Assembly (NCBI GenBank): GCA_964566535.1
Contig: CAZMIO010000001.1
Coordinates: forward strand, 62,001 to 126,000
Direction: 5' to 3'
Source of the DNA: an uncultured Methanosarcinales archaeon
GTDB taxonomy: Archaea > Nanobdellota > Nanobdellia > Woesearchaeales > CAZOXR01
Length of the DNA stretch: 64,000 nucleotides
Positions 10,370 through 20,188 of the stretch are shown piece after piece; within the stretch, counting starts at the first letter, position 1, and each line of letters starts with the position of its first letter. The translations under genes and the position numbers were made by a program. Below the pieces are notes generated by a model. That model was given only the letters and a program-made list of their open reading frames with translations, was not told the origin of the DNA and made no database searches.

Positions 10370-11794
10370 TTACTTAACAATCTTCTTTAGAATTTCCATG
10401 ACTTTTTTTCCGTCAACTTTCCCCCTATACTTTCCCATAACAATCCCCATATAAGCAGAAGGATTCAACCCTGGTTTTTGTTCTACAATTTTCTTTATTT
10501 CTGATTCTAAGTTTCCTGCTTCAACAACTTTGTACTTTGAGATGTTTAGTTTGTTTCCTTTGCAAACGTCTGCTAAGAGTTCAATTACTGCTGATTTAGG
10601 TATTTTCTTTTGGTCTAGGTAAGATAATATAATATCATAATCTGAGTCTTGTATTTCTGAAATGTCAAGATTCAGTCTTGATTTTATTTCTTTTGGAGTG
10701 TTAACTAAGATATTTGCAATTTCTTGTGGTTTTAGGTCTTTGTATTTTTCTACTAATTTTTCGAAAAGTTCGTTGTGTAGTAGTTCTTTTGTTAATTCTG
10801 GTGAAAGTTTGTATTTCTTTTCAAAAATAGCTGATTTTTCAGTTAGTAATTGAGGAGGTTTTATTTCTTCTAGAAATTCTTTTGTTATTTTTGTTTGTGG
10901 AACGTCTGTTTCAGGATACATCCTTTCTGCACCAGGCATTGGTCTTAGGAAAGATGTTTTTAGATCTGATTCTGACTTTCTTACTTGTGCTTCTATTTGG
11001 TTTCCTTTTTTTATGTCTTCTAATTGTCTGTGAACTTCGTATTCTATTACTTTGGGTATTGATTTTAGATCTTGAAATCCTTTTACTTCAGTTCTTGCTC
11101 CGTTTCTTATTGAGATGTTTACATCTTGTCTTATTGTTCCTATTCCTCTTTTGCACTTTCCAGTTGACCTTAAGATCATTCCTAATTGGGATGCAACTTC
11201 TTTTGCGTGTTCTGGGGATTTTATGTCTGGTGCGGTTCCTAATTCTATTAATGGTATTCCTAGTCTATCTAATTTGTACTTAGTGTAGTCTTTAGTTGTG
11301 TCTAGTTTTTGTGCTGCTTCTTCTTCCAAACATATTGAGTCGATCTTAACTTTTCCTTGTGATGTTTCTATGTAGCCGTCAGTTGCAATTAATGATGTTC
11401 TTTGGAATCCAGAAACGTTTGAGCCGTCTACTACTGTTTTTCTCATAACTTGTACTTCGTCTACTATTTTTGCGTTTAGTAGTAGAGCTACTTCAATTGC
11501 AGCTGTTAATGCTTCTTGATTCATTGGATGGGGTGGTTCTTCATCTAATTCCACTAAGCAAGTATCTTCTGAACTGGATTCGTAGATGAAAAGTTTTGAT
11601 TTTGACATTTCGTATTTTGCTGCTGCATCGATTTTTCCCATCTCTCCTGCAGATGCTCTTAGTCTTCTTTCTATCTTTACATCTGGTTGGTTAGTTGAGT
11701 TTAGAGTTAGGCAGTTGCAGAATAATTTCTTTCCTTCTAATTGCTGATGGATTTCTATTCCGCATTTGAAACCTAATTTAGAGTAATCTGTCAT
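10370..11794 (-). CDS. gatE: Glu-tRNA(Gln) amidotransferase subunit E (short form)
   Basis: GIEIHQQL..KLFC, MRKTVVDGSNVSGFQRT, RLGIPLIE, RGIGTIRQDVN, RPMPGAERMYPETD. Confidence 0.95.
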   Translation of the reverse strand: MTDYSKLGFKCGIEIHQQLEGKKLFCNCLTLNSTNQPDVKIERRLRASAGEMGKIDAAAKYEMSKSKLFIYESSSEDTCLVELDEEPPHPMNQEALTAAIEVALLLNAKIVDEVQVMRKTVVDGSNVSGFQRTSLIATDGYIETSQGKVKIDSICLEEEAAQKLDTTKDYTKYKLDRLGIPLIELGTAPDIKSPEHAKEVASQLGMILRSTGKCKRGIGTIRQDVNISIRNGARTEVKGFQDLKSIPKVIEYEVHRQLEDIKKGNQIEAQVRKSESDLKTSFLRPMPGAERMYPETDVPQTKITKEFLEEIKPPQLLTEKSAIFEKKYKLSPELTKELLHNELFEKLVEKYKDLKPQEIANILVNTPKEIKSRLNLDISEIQDSDYDIILSYLDQKKIPKSAVIELLADVCKGNKLNISKYKVVEAGNLESEIKKIVEQKPGLNPSAYMGIVMGKYRGKVDGKKVMEILKKIVK

Positions 11795-11866
11795 AGAGAA
11801 AATAGATGTAGAATTGATATTTAAAGGTTTGGTAAATGTAATTTAGAAATTTATGATTTTTATTTA

Positions 11867-13102
11867 TTAGAATACCATTCCTGGAGAAACACCTTGTTTA
11901 TAGGTTACCATGCCTTTTGGACCATAATCAATTCCCTTAACTGTATCTAAGACAAACCTTTGAGCCCTTAATGCAATTTGATTTGGATCAAGATAAAAGG
12001 GGTTACCTCCAGATGCAAGACCCACCGATGAGTTATCCCCAGATACTAGACCTAAACCTGCTCGAATAACTGCATCATATCTATATTCACTTGGTAATTT
12101 TATGATTGGTTTAGGAGATTCATTAGGTAATTTCAAGGTTAAGGAACAATCTGTCAAATTTAGATACAATGTTCCAAGTTGCCCTTCAACTACCATTCTC
12201 CTGTTATTACCTTTACCAATATATTTTCCCATTGATAAATGAACTGGAACACCTGCGTCTGTTTCCAAATCCATTTCAGCACAAGTCTCTCCAATAAGTT
12301 CAATTGGAAGGTCATGTTTTGTTTTTGCCATTGTTATGTACTCATCGCATCTTGCTGTTCTTACGACTGCTTCCTCAACTTTTACCCTTCCTAAATATTC
12401 TTCAAGGGCCATAACTGGTGCTATTGTATGAATTGCAAGGTCAGGAATCATTCCACCACCCTTCGATACATCAATTAAGTGTGGACCTCTGTGGTCTAAC
12501 GTTCCATATAATTCATCCCCTTCAAGGATCTCTACTGTAACAGACATTGGTTTTCCAATTATATCCTCAATCCTTCTTGTTAGATCTGGAGTGAATGGAT
12601 CACCACCAGGAGTTTGTAATGCAAGATCTCCATCAAAATAAAAAGAATTTCCCTTTATTAAACTATCAAGTGCAAGTAATGGTGTAGAATATGAAGCTAA
12701 AAATGATTCAAGCAATGCAATTACTGGATAGTCTCCAACCAATTGCTTAATTGTTTCAAATTGATAATCATCTACTGCGTATGGTTTTTCAACCATTACA
12801 CGGAATCCATTTTTTAATAAATCTTCTGCATCACTAGTATGGACCTCATTAGCATGCCCAAGGATAACTACTGGATCATTTGGTCTAAAGTTCAAAAGAA
12901 GATCACTTAACTTTTGGTCTTCCCTTCTTCTTAGATGAGGAACACCTAAAAAAGGATCAGTTTCAGTTCTTTCCCTTACATCCACTGTTGCAACTACATT
13001 AACAAGATTTTGGCCTTGCATCCTAACTAATGAAGGTGCTAAACATATTTGTAAATAGTCCCCCATACCAACAGCTATAATTTCATCCATATAGTCATCC
13101 AT
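11867..13102 (-). CDS. Divergent Gfo/Idh/MocA-family oxidoreductase
   Basis: N-terminal IAVGMG, VMVEKP, GGGMIPDLAIH. Confidence 0.7.
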   Translation of the reverse strand: MDDYMDEIIAVGMGDYLQICLAPSLVRMQGQNLVNVVATVDVRERTETDPFLGVPHLRRREDQKLSDLLLNFRPNDPVVILGHANEVHTSDAEDLLKNGFRVMVEKPYAVDDYQFETIKQLVGDYPVIALLESFLASYSTPLLALDSLIKGNSFYFDGDLALQTPGGDPFTPDLTRRIEDIIGKPMSVTVEILEGDELYGTLDHRGPHLIDVSKGGGMIPDLAIHTIAPVMALEEYLGRVKVEEAVVRTARCDEYITMAKTKHDLPIELIGETCAEMDLETDAGVPVHLSMGKYIGKGNNRRMVVEGQLGTLYLNLTDCSLTLKLPNESPKPIIKLPSEYRYDAVIRAGLGLVSGDNSSVGLASGGNPFYLDPNQIALRAQRFVLDTVKGIDYGPKGMVTYKQGVSPGMVF

Positions 13103-13199
13103 TTTAGAATAGAGAATTAATGTCCTTATTTAAAATTAATGAAGAATTTGAAAAACTTTTTATATTAATTATCAATTGTGGTTTGTTAGGTGATACAAT

Positions 13200-13982
13200 A
13201 TGTCATGGGGAATGAAAAACAGATTATCAAAAACAATTGATCCGAAAACAGGAAGAAGTGTTATGCTTGCAGTAGATCATGGTTACTTTCAAGGTCCAAC
13301 AACTGGGTTAAGGAATCTAAGAAAAGCTATAGATCCGTTGTTGCCTTTTGCTAATTGTTTGTATATAACAAGAGGGATGGTAAGGAATGTTGTTGATCCT
13401 GGCACAAATGTTCCTATATTCTTACGTGTTTCTGGTGGACCAAGCATTTTACAAGAAGATCTTTCTGATGAACACATAACTGTTTCTATGGAGGAAGCTT
13501 TAAGGATTAATGCGGTAGGTGTTGGAATGTCGATGTTTGTAGGTGGCAAACATGAATCAAGATCTGTTGCAAATCTTGGAGAACTTGTTAATGAAGCTGA
13601 GGCTTATAATATGCCGGTTTTGGCAATTACTGCAGTAGGTAAGGATATGGTTAGGGATTCTCGGTATATTGGGTTAGCATGTCGGATGGCTGCTGAACAA
13701 GGAGCTCATATAATTAAAACATATTATTGTGAAGGTTTTGAAGAAGTAATTGAAGCAGTAAATGGTGTTCCTGTTGTTATTGCTGGTGGAAAGAAGATTG
13801 AAGAAAAGGCTGCACTTGAGATGGCCTTTAATGCTATAAAGGCAGGTGCCGTTGGTGTTGACATGGGACGGAATATCTTTCAATCAGACAATCCAGTTGG
13901 TATGATTAAAGCTGTAAATGCAGTTGTTCATGATGGAAGAACTGTTGATGAAGCTTTTGAGATCTATCAGAAGAAGGATTAA
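13200..13982 (+). CDS. lsrF: LsrF/class I aldolase-family protein
   Basis: MSWGMKNRL, LAVDHGYFQGPTTGL, IIKTYYC, IAGGKK, GVDMGRNIFQ. Confidence 0.88.
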   Translation: MSWGMKNRLSKTIDPKTGRSVMLAVDHGYFQGPTTGLRNLRKAIDPLLPFANCLYITRGMVRNVVDPGTNVPIFLRVSGGPSILQEDLSDEHITVSMEEALRINAVGVGMSMFVGGKHESRSVANLGELVNEAEAYNMPVLAITAVGKDMVRDSRYIGLACRMAAEQGAHIIKTYYCEGFEEVIEAVNGVPVVIAGGKKIEEKAALEMAFNAIKAGAVGVDMGRNIFQSDNPVGMIKAVNAVVHDGRTVDEAFEIYQKKD

Positions 13983-14701
13983 TTAACTCCTGAAATATAA
14001 ACTATTGTTCCTCTTCTTACTCTGTCGTATAGGCCGATTATGTCGTCATTTCTCATCCTTATGCAGCCGCCAGATAATGGAGTTCCTAAAGAGCCTTCAA
14101 AATTAGTGCCATGGAAATATATACTTCTGTCTCTTGTATTCTTATTACTTCCAGTTAGTCCTTCTAGCCATATCATCCTAGTTAGAACACGGGCAATCTC
14201 ATCATTTGGGAAAAGTCGACTTCTTTTGTATATCTTCCTTATAGTTCCTCTAAATTTCCAGTCTTCAAATTCTTCTCCTTTTTGGGCTGTGTATTGAGGT
14301 CCTTTTCCTGTCTTTCCGTATACTCTTAGTAAACCATGAGGGGTTTTTTTACTGTCTGCCTTGTTACCAAATCCCTTTCTTCCGGTTGAAACTTCATATG
14401 TTGCTTGAACACTGAATCTACCATCTGAATAGCTCCCTACATGAACTTCTTGTTCTTTTCCTGAGACGACTAATACTGTTGAATAAGTTCTTCCATGAGA
14501 ATCTAGATAAGGGTAAAGGTTTTGTTGTAGTTCTTGGTCTAATCTATCATCTAAGTTTGATCTGTTTACTTGTTTAGGTGCAGTTTGTTCAGCTTCTGGT
14601 CCCGAGGGTATATCTTTAAGATCTGCTTCTTCTCGTTTACAAGATACCATACCTAAGGCTAGTGCAATTGCCATTAGTGCTGAAACATTTCTATTTGCCA
14701 T
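13979..14701 (-). CDS. L,D-transpeptidase (YkuD family) with lipoprotein-type signal peptide
   Basis: VSTGRKG...TPHG and IYFHGT...LGTPLSGGCIRM..DI..LY...GTIVYI; N-terminal ALALGMVSC. Confidence 0.88.
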   Translation of the reverse strand: MANRNVSALMAIALALGMVSCKREEADLKDIPSGPEAEQTAPKQVNRSNLDDRLDQELQQNLYPYLDSHGRTYSTVLVVSGKEQEVHVGSYSDGRFSVQATYEVSTGRKGFGNKADSKKTPHGLLRVYGKTGKGPQYTAQKGEEFEDWKFRGTIRKIYKRSRLFPNDEIARVLTRMIWLEGLTGSNKNTRDRSIYFHGTNFEGSLGTPLSGGCIRMRNDDIIGLYDRVRRGTIVYISGVN

Positions 14702-14819
14702 TGGTTTTGGGAAGGTTTATTTGGTTTTAAATGTATTGTTTTGTATCACTATGTTGTAGCTACAAATAAATAAGTTTTAATTCAATAAATTTTTAAAATA
14801 ACTATAAGTCACTCTAATT

Positions 14820-15797
14820 ATGAAAGTTGCTGTTTATCATAACAACAAAGACGTTAGAGTTGAGGAGAGAGATAGGCCTTCTATTCAGGATGGTGAAATA
14901 TTAGTTAAAGTTATTTCTTCTGGGATATGTGGTACTGATGTTATGGAGTGGTATAGGATAAAAAAAGCTCCTGGGATATTGGGTCATGAGATAGCTGGAG
15001 AGATTGTTGAGTCTAAGTCTGAGAAGTATAAGGTTGGAGATAGAGTATTTGTTAGTCATCATGTTCCTTGTGATGAATGTAAATATTGTTTAGATGATAA
15101 TCATACTGCTTGTTCTACTTTGCATAGTGGGAATTATGATCCTGGTGGATTTGCTGAATATGTTAGGGTTCCTAAACTTAATGTTGAGAAAGGAACTTAT
15201 ATTTTGCCTTCAAATGTTTCTTTTGATCAGGGAACTATGATTGAGCCTTTAGCATGTTGTGTTAGAGGACAGAGAGTAATTGATGTTAAGAAAGGCCATA
15301 CTGTTTTGATATTAGGTTGCGGTATTTCTGGATTGCAGAATATTGTAATTGCTAAATTAAAAGGTGCTAAAGTAATTGCCACTGATATTAATGAGGAAAG
15401 GTTGCGGAAGGCAAAAGAGTTTGGTGCGGATGAGGTTGTAAATGCTTCTGCTTCTATTGATGTTAAGGCTGATAGGGTAATTGTTTGTGCAGGTGCTTAT
15501 GCTGCTGTTGAGCAGGCTTTTAAATCGGTTGATAAGAAAGGAAAGATTTTATTTTTTGCAATTCCATCTAAGAATATTGAATTGCCAACTGTTGATTTTT
15601 GGCGGAATGAGATTTCAGTTGTTTCTTCATACGGTGCAGCTCCTGTTGATCTGGCTGAGTCTTTGGAGTTGATCTCTAATGGGAAATTGCCTAATATGAT
15701 AACACATAGGTTTTCTTTGGATGAAATTCAGAAAGGGTTTGATATTGTTGCAAGTGCTAAGGATAGTTTGAAGGTTGTTGTTGAGCCGAATAATTAG
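14820..15797 (+). CDS. Zinc-dependent medium-chain dehydrogenase (sorbitol/threonine dehydrogenase-like)
   Basis: GICGTD, GHEIAG, C..C..C.......C zinc site, ILGCGISG. Confidence 0.9.
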   Translation: MKVAVYHNNKDVRVEERDRPSIQDGEILVKVISSGICGTDVMEWYRIKKAPGILGHEIAGEIVESKSEKYKVGDRVFVSHHVPCDECKYCLDDNHTACSTLHSGNYDPGGFAEYVRVPKLNVEKGTYILPSNVSFDQGTMIEPLACCVRGQRVIDVKKGHTVLILGCGISGLQNIVIAKLKGAKVIATDINEERLRKAKEFGADEVVNASASIDVKADRVIVCAGAYAAVEQAFKSVDKKGKILFFAIPSKNIELPTVDFWRNEISVVSSYGAAPVDLAESLELISNGKLPNMITHRFSLDEIQKGFDIVASAKDSLKVVVEPNN

Positions 15798-15801
15798 AAA
15801 T

Positions 15802-16272
15802 CTATTGTAATTTGTTCACTTCTTCAACTAACTTTTTTTCTAATGACTCAGGTAGTTGGAAAATGCCCTCTGGGCTTACTAATGCGTGATTGTTATTTTG
15901 TTGGTAGGAACCTGATACTAATTTCCCACCTTCTACTTTAACTACTCCGACTATGTCGTAAGGTGGCACATTGCCTTTTGGGTCTTTTGTTCTTGCGTCG
16001 ATTATGTAGACTTGACCTTCCTTTTGTTTTTTTGCTTGTTCTTTTAGGGTAGGACTATTAAAGATTTCTTTTGAAATGATGGAGTGCATAAAATCTTTAA
16101 ATTCTTTATTTGCAACAAAATTTTCGTGTGAAACTTTTGGTTCTGTTCCTTTCACGATACCCATTATTGCTTTGCTGATCATTCCTTTCTTGAATGCTTT
16201 TTTGGGATCTAGAATGGATAAACATCTAATTTTCTCTCCGTTTTTATCAGTTAAGAAAAGGTAACTTTGCAT
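15802..16272 (-). CDS. Hypothetical protein
   Basis: 156-aa ORF with host-like codon use and TATA box; C-terminal IDAR...VPPYDIVG...SYQQN segment looks conserved but family not named. Confidence 0.65.
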   Translation of the reverse strand: MQSYLFLTDKNGEKIRCLSILDPKKAFKKGMISKAIMGIVKGTEPKVSHENFVANKEFKDFMHSIISKEIFNSPTLKEQAKKQKEGQVYIIDARTKDPKGNVPPYDIVGVVKVEGGKLVSGSYQQNNNHALVSPEGIFQLPESLEKKLVEEVNKLQ

Positions 16273-16325
16273 TTTATGTTGATTTAGTTGAAACTGTTTA
16301 TATATTTTTCTGAATTTCTGATTGA

Positions 16326-17069
16326 CTAAACCAAAAAACTCTTTGTTAAGTACATAAACGCTATCCCTAATATGAAGAATAAGAAAGACCAGATTGATTT
16401 TTTCATATCCAGTTCTTTGTGAAGTTCAGGTACTAAGTCTGATGCTGCTATGTAGATGAAGCCTCCTGCTGCGAATGGGAGGATGAATGGGATTATGCTT
16501 TTTACTGATGTTGAGAGGAAGTAGCCAGTTAGAGCGCCTAAGATACCCACAACGCCTGAGAGGAAGTTGAAGAGAAGTGCTTTTTGTTTTGAGAATCCTC
16601 CGTGAACTAAAACTGCAAAGTCACTTAGTTCTTGAGGTAGTTCATGGGCCATGATTGCCACAGTAGTTATTATTCCAAATGGGATGTTTACTAGGAAAGA
16701 GATTGCAATGATTGCTCCGTCTATGAAATTGTGGATTCCATCTCCAATTAAGTTCATGTAAGTGAATGTATGAACTTTGCAATGACCTTCATGGCAGTGA
16801 TGCCAATGCAAATATCTTTCTATCAGAAAGAAAAATGCAAATCCAATTAATACGAAGAGAAAAACTGATGAGTAAGGTGATGTTTCTAAGGATTCTGGAA
16901 TTAAATGGAGGAATGCTCCGCCCATTAAAGCTCCTGCTGAGAACCCTACTAAGATTAATATGATCTTTTTTAGAAATTTTTCTTTTAATGAGAATGTGAA
17001 TATACCTAACAAAGATAGTAAGCTGACAACTAGTGTACTTCCTAAGATCCAGAGTAGTGTTAGTTCCAT
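16326..17069 (-). CDS. ZIP family metal transporter
   Basis: HWHHCH loop, GDGIHNFIDG, HELPQELSDF, AAGGFIYIA. Confidence 0.93.
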   Translation of the reverse strand: MELTLLWILGSTLVVSLLSLLGIFTFSLKEKFLKKIILILVGFSAGALMGGAFLHLIPESLETSPYSSVFLFVLIGFAFFFLIERYLHWHHCHEGHCKVHTFTYMNLIGDGIHNFIDGAIIAISFLVNIPFGIITTVAIMAHELPQELSDFAVLVHGGFSKQKALLFNFLSGVVGILGALTGYFLSTSVKSIIPFILPFAAGGFIYIAASDLVPELHKELDMKKSIWSFLFFILGIAFMYLTKSFLV

Positions 17070-17111
17070 AAGGTGATTTGTTGGATTATTCTCTTTTTAA
17101 ATGTTTGTAGT

Positions 17112-18812
17112 TTATAGGATGATGTTTAGAAGTCCGCCAACAATTAAAGTTGAGACTACCATTATTATTGATGATTTAATCATATCTTTTATTCCTAGTT
17201 CTTTGATTAGGACGGTAAAGGTTGCAACGCATGGGAAGTACATTGTTAGTACTACAGATGCTATGATTAGTTGTTTTAGTGATAGGGCTAAAGGTATGAG
17301 TGCTCCAACTGCTACGTCTTTTCTTAGGAATCCAATGATTAAGGAAGCAACTGCTTCTTTTGGTAGTCCTAGGACGTTTACTACAATTGGTGCTGTTACG
17401 TTACTTACGAATGCGATGATTCCTAGGGAGTATAATAGGTTAATAATTAAGACTCCTACTAACATGTAGGGGACTGCAGTTCTTAGGAATGATTTTGATC
17501 GCATCCAGAGTTTTTTTAGGAGTGCATTTAGGTAGGGTATTCTATAGGGTGAGATTTCCATGAAAAGTTCAGGAGATTTTCCTTTTGTTAGTTTGTTTAA
17601 GATCAAACCTATAACTATTCCTACAATGAATAACGTTAGGAAGACAGGTGCTAAGCCCTTTAATCCATGTTTTCCAACTAATCCGAAAACCATTGCTGTT
17701 TGTGCTATGCATGGAACAGAGATTGCCATCATTGTTGCTGCAATGAACTTCTCTTTTCTTGATTCTAACACTCTAGTTGCTAATGCCCCTGGAACATTAC
17801 AGCCAAAGCCCATCATCACTGGAATGATTGCAAAGCCGTGTAGTCCTATTTTGTGCATTATGTTGTCTACTAAGACCGCTAGCCTTGGTAGGTAGCCAAA
17901 ATCTTCTAAGAAACCTAGAATTAGGTAGAATGCAAAGACGTATGGTAAGACCATTGCTATTGGGACATATAATCCTGTTGTTAACAGGCCCATTGATTGT
18001 AGGTAATCTACTTGTCCGCCTATTAAATTGCCTATGAGTATATCATGTAGGAAATTGTTTTGAAGTAAATTGCCTAGTGAGGTTATTAATGGTGTGTAGA
18101 GGTTGAATAAAGGATCGAAAATGTAACTGATTAAACTTTCTCCTATGAATCTTATGAGGAAGAATGAGATTGAGATTACAATTAGTGCTAATATTGCTCC
18201 TGGCAGTGGTTTAATGCTGGCATCACTTAGCGTTTCTAAGAACGTATGGTGTCTATGAGTTGTTGTTTGTACTTCTTTTATTGTTTTTCCTATCTGTTCC
18301 CATCTTTCTTTTTCAGTTTTTGTTTTTGATTCTGGTTTTTTTGCTTTAGGTAATGAATCAACTAACTTTTTTATTCCTTCTCCTGTTACTGCTACTGTTG
18401 GGATGACTGGGAGTTTTAGAATTTGTTCTAGTTTGTCTTTGTTGATGTCAATTCCAGTATGTTTTGTTTCATCCCACATGTTTAGAACAATAATCATGGG
18501 GACGTTTTTCTCCATTAGTTGGAGAGTTAGGTTGAGGTTTCTTTCTAGGTTTGTTGAGTCTAGGATGTTTATTATTAAATCTCCTTGTTTTAGCATGTCA
18601 ACTGCCACTTCTTCTGCTTTGTTTGTTGGAGATAAGGAGTAGGTTCCTGGAACGTCGATGATTTCATAGGACTTATCTTTTAATTGTAGATTTCCTTTTT
18701 TGAATTCTACCGTAGTTCCAGAATAGTTTGAAATAATTACATTTGTGCCTGTTAATCTCGAGAATATAGCACTTTTTCCGACGTTAGGATTTCCTATAAG
18801 GAGGACTTTCAT
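17112..18812 (-). CDS. feoB: Ferrous iron transporter FeoB
   Basis: GNPNVGKS, NYSGTTV, DVPGTYS, LEDFGYLPR, GFGCNVP, YFPCVAT. Confidence 0.95.
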   Translation of the reverse strand: MKVLLIGNPNVGKSAIFSRLTGTNVIISNYSGTTVEFKKGNLQLKDKSYEIIDVPGTYSLSPTNKAEEVAVDMLKQGDLIINILDSTNLERNLNLTLQLMEKNVPMIIVLNMWDETKHTGIDINKDKLEQILKLPVIPTVAVTGEGIKKLVDSLPKAKKPESKTKTEKERWEQIGKTIKEVQTTTHRHHTFLETLSDASIKPLPGAILALIVISISFFLIRFIGESLISYIFDPLFNLYTPLITSLGNLLQNNFLHDILIGNLIGGQVDYLQSMGLLTTGLYVPIAMVLPYVFAFYLILGFLEDFGYLPRLAVLVDNIMHKIGLHGFAIIPVMMGFGCNVPGALATRVLESRKEKFIAATMMAISVPCIAQTAMVFGLVGKHGLKGLAPVFLTLFIVGIVIGLILNKLTKGKSPELFMEISPYRIPYLNALLKKLWMRSKSFLRTAVPYMLVGVLIINLLYSLGIIAFVSNVTAPIVVNVLGLPKEAVASLIIGFLRKDVAVGALIPLALSLKQLIIASVVLTMYFPCVATFTVLIKELGIKDMIKSSIIMVVSTLIVGGLLNIIL

Positions 18813-19033
18813 TCTGTTTCTAGGATTATTTTTTTTGCCATGTTTCTTCCTAGTGCTGCTTTCATGTTGTCGATTTCTATTATCATTGGTCCTTTGAATG
18901 GCTGTTTTGAGAGAACTTTTACTTTTTTTCCTATCCTGATTCCTAGAGAAGAGACTTTAGTTTTGAATGTTGAGTTTTTATCTAACTCTATTATTGTTCC
19001 TTGTTTTCCTGGTTTTAGTTCTGCTAGATTCAT
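18809..19033 (-). CDS. feoA: FeoA protein
   Basis: LGIRIGKKV...PFKGP...ALGRNMAKKI; overlaps the feoB start. Confidence 0.9.
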   Translation of the reverse strand: MNLAELKPGKQGTIIELDKNSTFKTKVSSLGIRIGKKVKVLSKQPFKGPMIIEIDNMKAALGRNMAKKIILETE

Positions 19034-19034
19034 T

Positions 19035-19406
19035 TTAGTAGTCTTTTAGGAATTTTATTAATTTGTCGTATGACTCTTTGCTTAGGGAATGTTCGATCTT
19101 GCATGCATCCTGCATTGCTGTTTCTTTGTTAATCTTTAGTACGTTTGTGAAGAATTTGACTAAGGCTTCATGTCTTTTGTAAACTTGATCTGCAATTTTT
19201 TGACCTTTAGTTGTTAGTTCTATGTTAGAATATCTTTTGTAGGTTACTAGTCCCTTAGTTGCTAAGTTTTTTACTGCTTCTGTTACAGAAGGAAGCGTAA
19301 CATTTAGTCTTTTAGCTAGTTCTTTAGTTCTGACGATATCACCTTCTTTCTTTATTATGCTTATTGTTTCTAGGTAATCTTCTAAGCTTTGACTTAAGTT
19401 ATTCAT
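19035..19406 (-). CDS. DtxR/MntR family metal-dependent repressor
   Basis: SLEDYLETI, LAKRLNVTLPSVT, RHEAL, DACKIEH. Confidence 0.93.
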   Translation of the reverse strand: MNNLSQSLEDYLETISIIKKEGDIVRTKELAKRLNVTLPSVTEAVKNLATKGLVTYKRYSNIELTTKGQKIADQVYKRHEALVKFFTNVLKINKETAMQDACKIEHSLSKESYDKLIKFLKDY

Positions 19407-19410
19407 AATT

Positions 19411-19430
19411 GTTAGGTTAGCCTAACTTGT
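19411..19430. promoter_or_regulatory. DtxR/IdeR-type operator of the dtxR-feoA-feoB operon
   Basis: GTTAGG-TTAG-CCTAAC inverted repeat; TTAGGTTAGCCTAAC equals the first 15 nt of the DtxR consensus; lies between the TATA box (19431-19437) and the start codon. Confidence 0.8.
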
Positions 19431-19432
19431 AT

Positions 19433-19819
19433 TTAAACTTTACGCTTAGATTTAGAAATCTGTTTTTTAGGAGGTGGATTTTTTTTGCTAAATCTATCTG
19501 AGATATAATCTCTGATCCTTTCTCTGAGATGGTAAGAATGTTTTTGCATCACATAGTTACCTATTGCTGAGAATAGATAAAAAACTATAGAAACTCCAAA
19601 TAAGATGTAGATTACTGTGAAGATTTTGGACATATCATTTGTTGGATGCATGTCTCCGTATCCAACTGTTGTTAATGTGGTTACTGAAAAATAAACTGAG
19701 TCTACGTAGGACCACTTTTCCAGATCATGATATACTATTGTTCCTGCGCTGATAAGTACGATTGTTATGAAAATTGCTACAGAAACTTTGAAATGTATTG
19801 GTTCGTTACTGACTTCCAT
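19433..19819 (-). CDS. Minimal 2-TM potassium channel
   Basis: DSVYFSVTTLTTVGYGD selectivity filter between two TM helices. Confidence 0.92.
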   Translation of the reverse strand: MEVSNEPIHFKVSVAIFITIVLISAGTIVYHDLEKWSYVDSVYFSVTTLTTVGYGDMHPTNDMSKIFTVIYILFGVSIVFYLFSAIGNYVMQKHSYHLRERIRDYISDRFSKKNPPPKKQISKSKRKV

Positions 19820-19942
19820 ATGTGATTTATTTGATTAAAGGTATTTAAATGTATCTGTGTAGATTTTATTTGTTAGTTCTACAGAATTAGGTTGTTGTAA
19901 TCTTGAAAGGAAATCTAAAAAAAATAAAAAAATAAAAAAGAA

Positions 19943-20188
19943 TTATTTCTTTTTCTTTTTCTTACCGCCTCTTACCATCTTTGCTTTTGAGACATTTCCT
20001 TGTTTGTCTACATAGTAAAGATAGCCTGATTCTCTTTCAATGCCACACTTGTGCATCGTTTCCATCTTCTTCTTATACTTTTTACCAGGTCTCTTCATGT
20101 TAACTCTGGCACAGTTACCTTTCTTATCTACAAAGTAAAGGAAACCTGACTCTCTTGTTATTCCACATTTACATACTACACTTCCCAT
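19943..20188 (-). CDS. Small basic DNA-binding protein with two Cc1-like repeats
   Basis: GITRESGFLYFVDKKGN and GIERESGYLYYVDKQGN, poly-Lys tail; GAGGTGA Shine-Dalgarno upstream. Confidence 0.7.
   Translation of the reverse strand: MGSVVCKCGITRESGFLYFVDKKGNCARVNMKRPGKKYKKKMETMHKCGIERESGYLYYVDKQGNVSKAKMVRGGKKKKKK

Noticed and set aside
13200..13982. AI-2 quorum-sensing (lsr) system
   Set aside because: Only the LsrF-like aldolase is present; no lsrK, lsrG or lsrACDB in the window
14754..14765. Perfect palindrome TTGTAGCTACAA between divergent promoters
   Set aside because: Single short instance with no second copy or nearby regulator; could be chance
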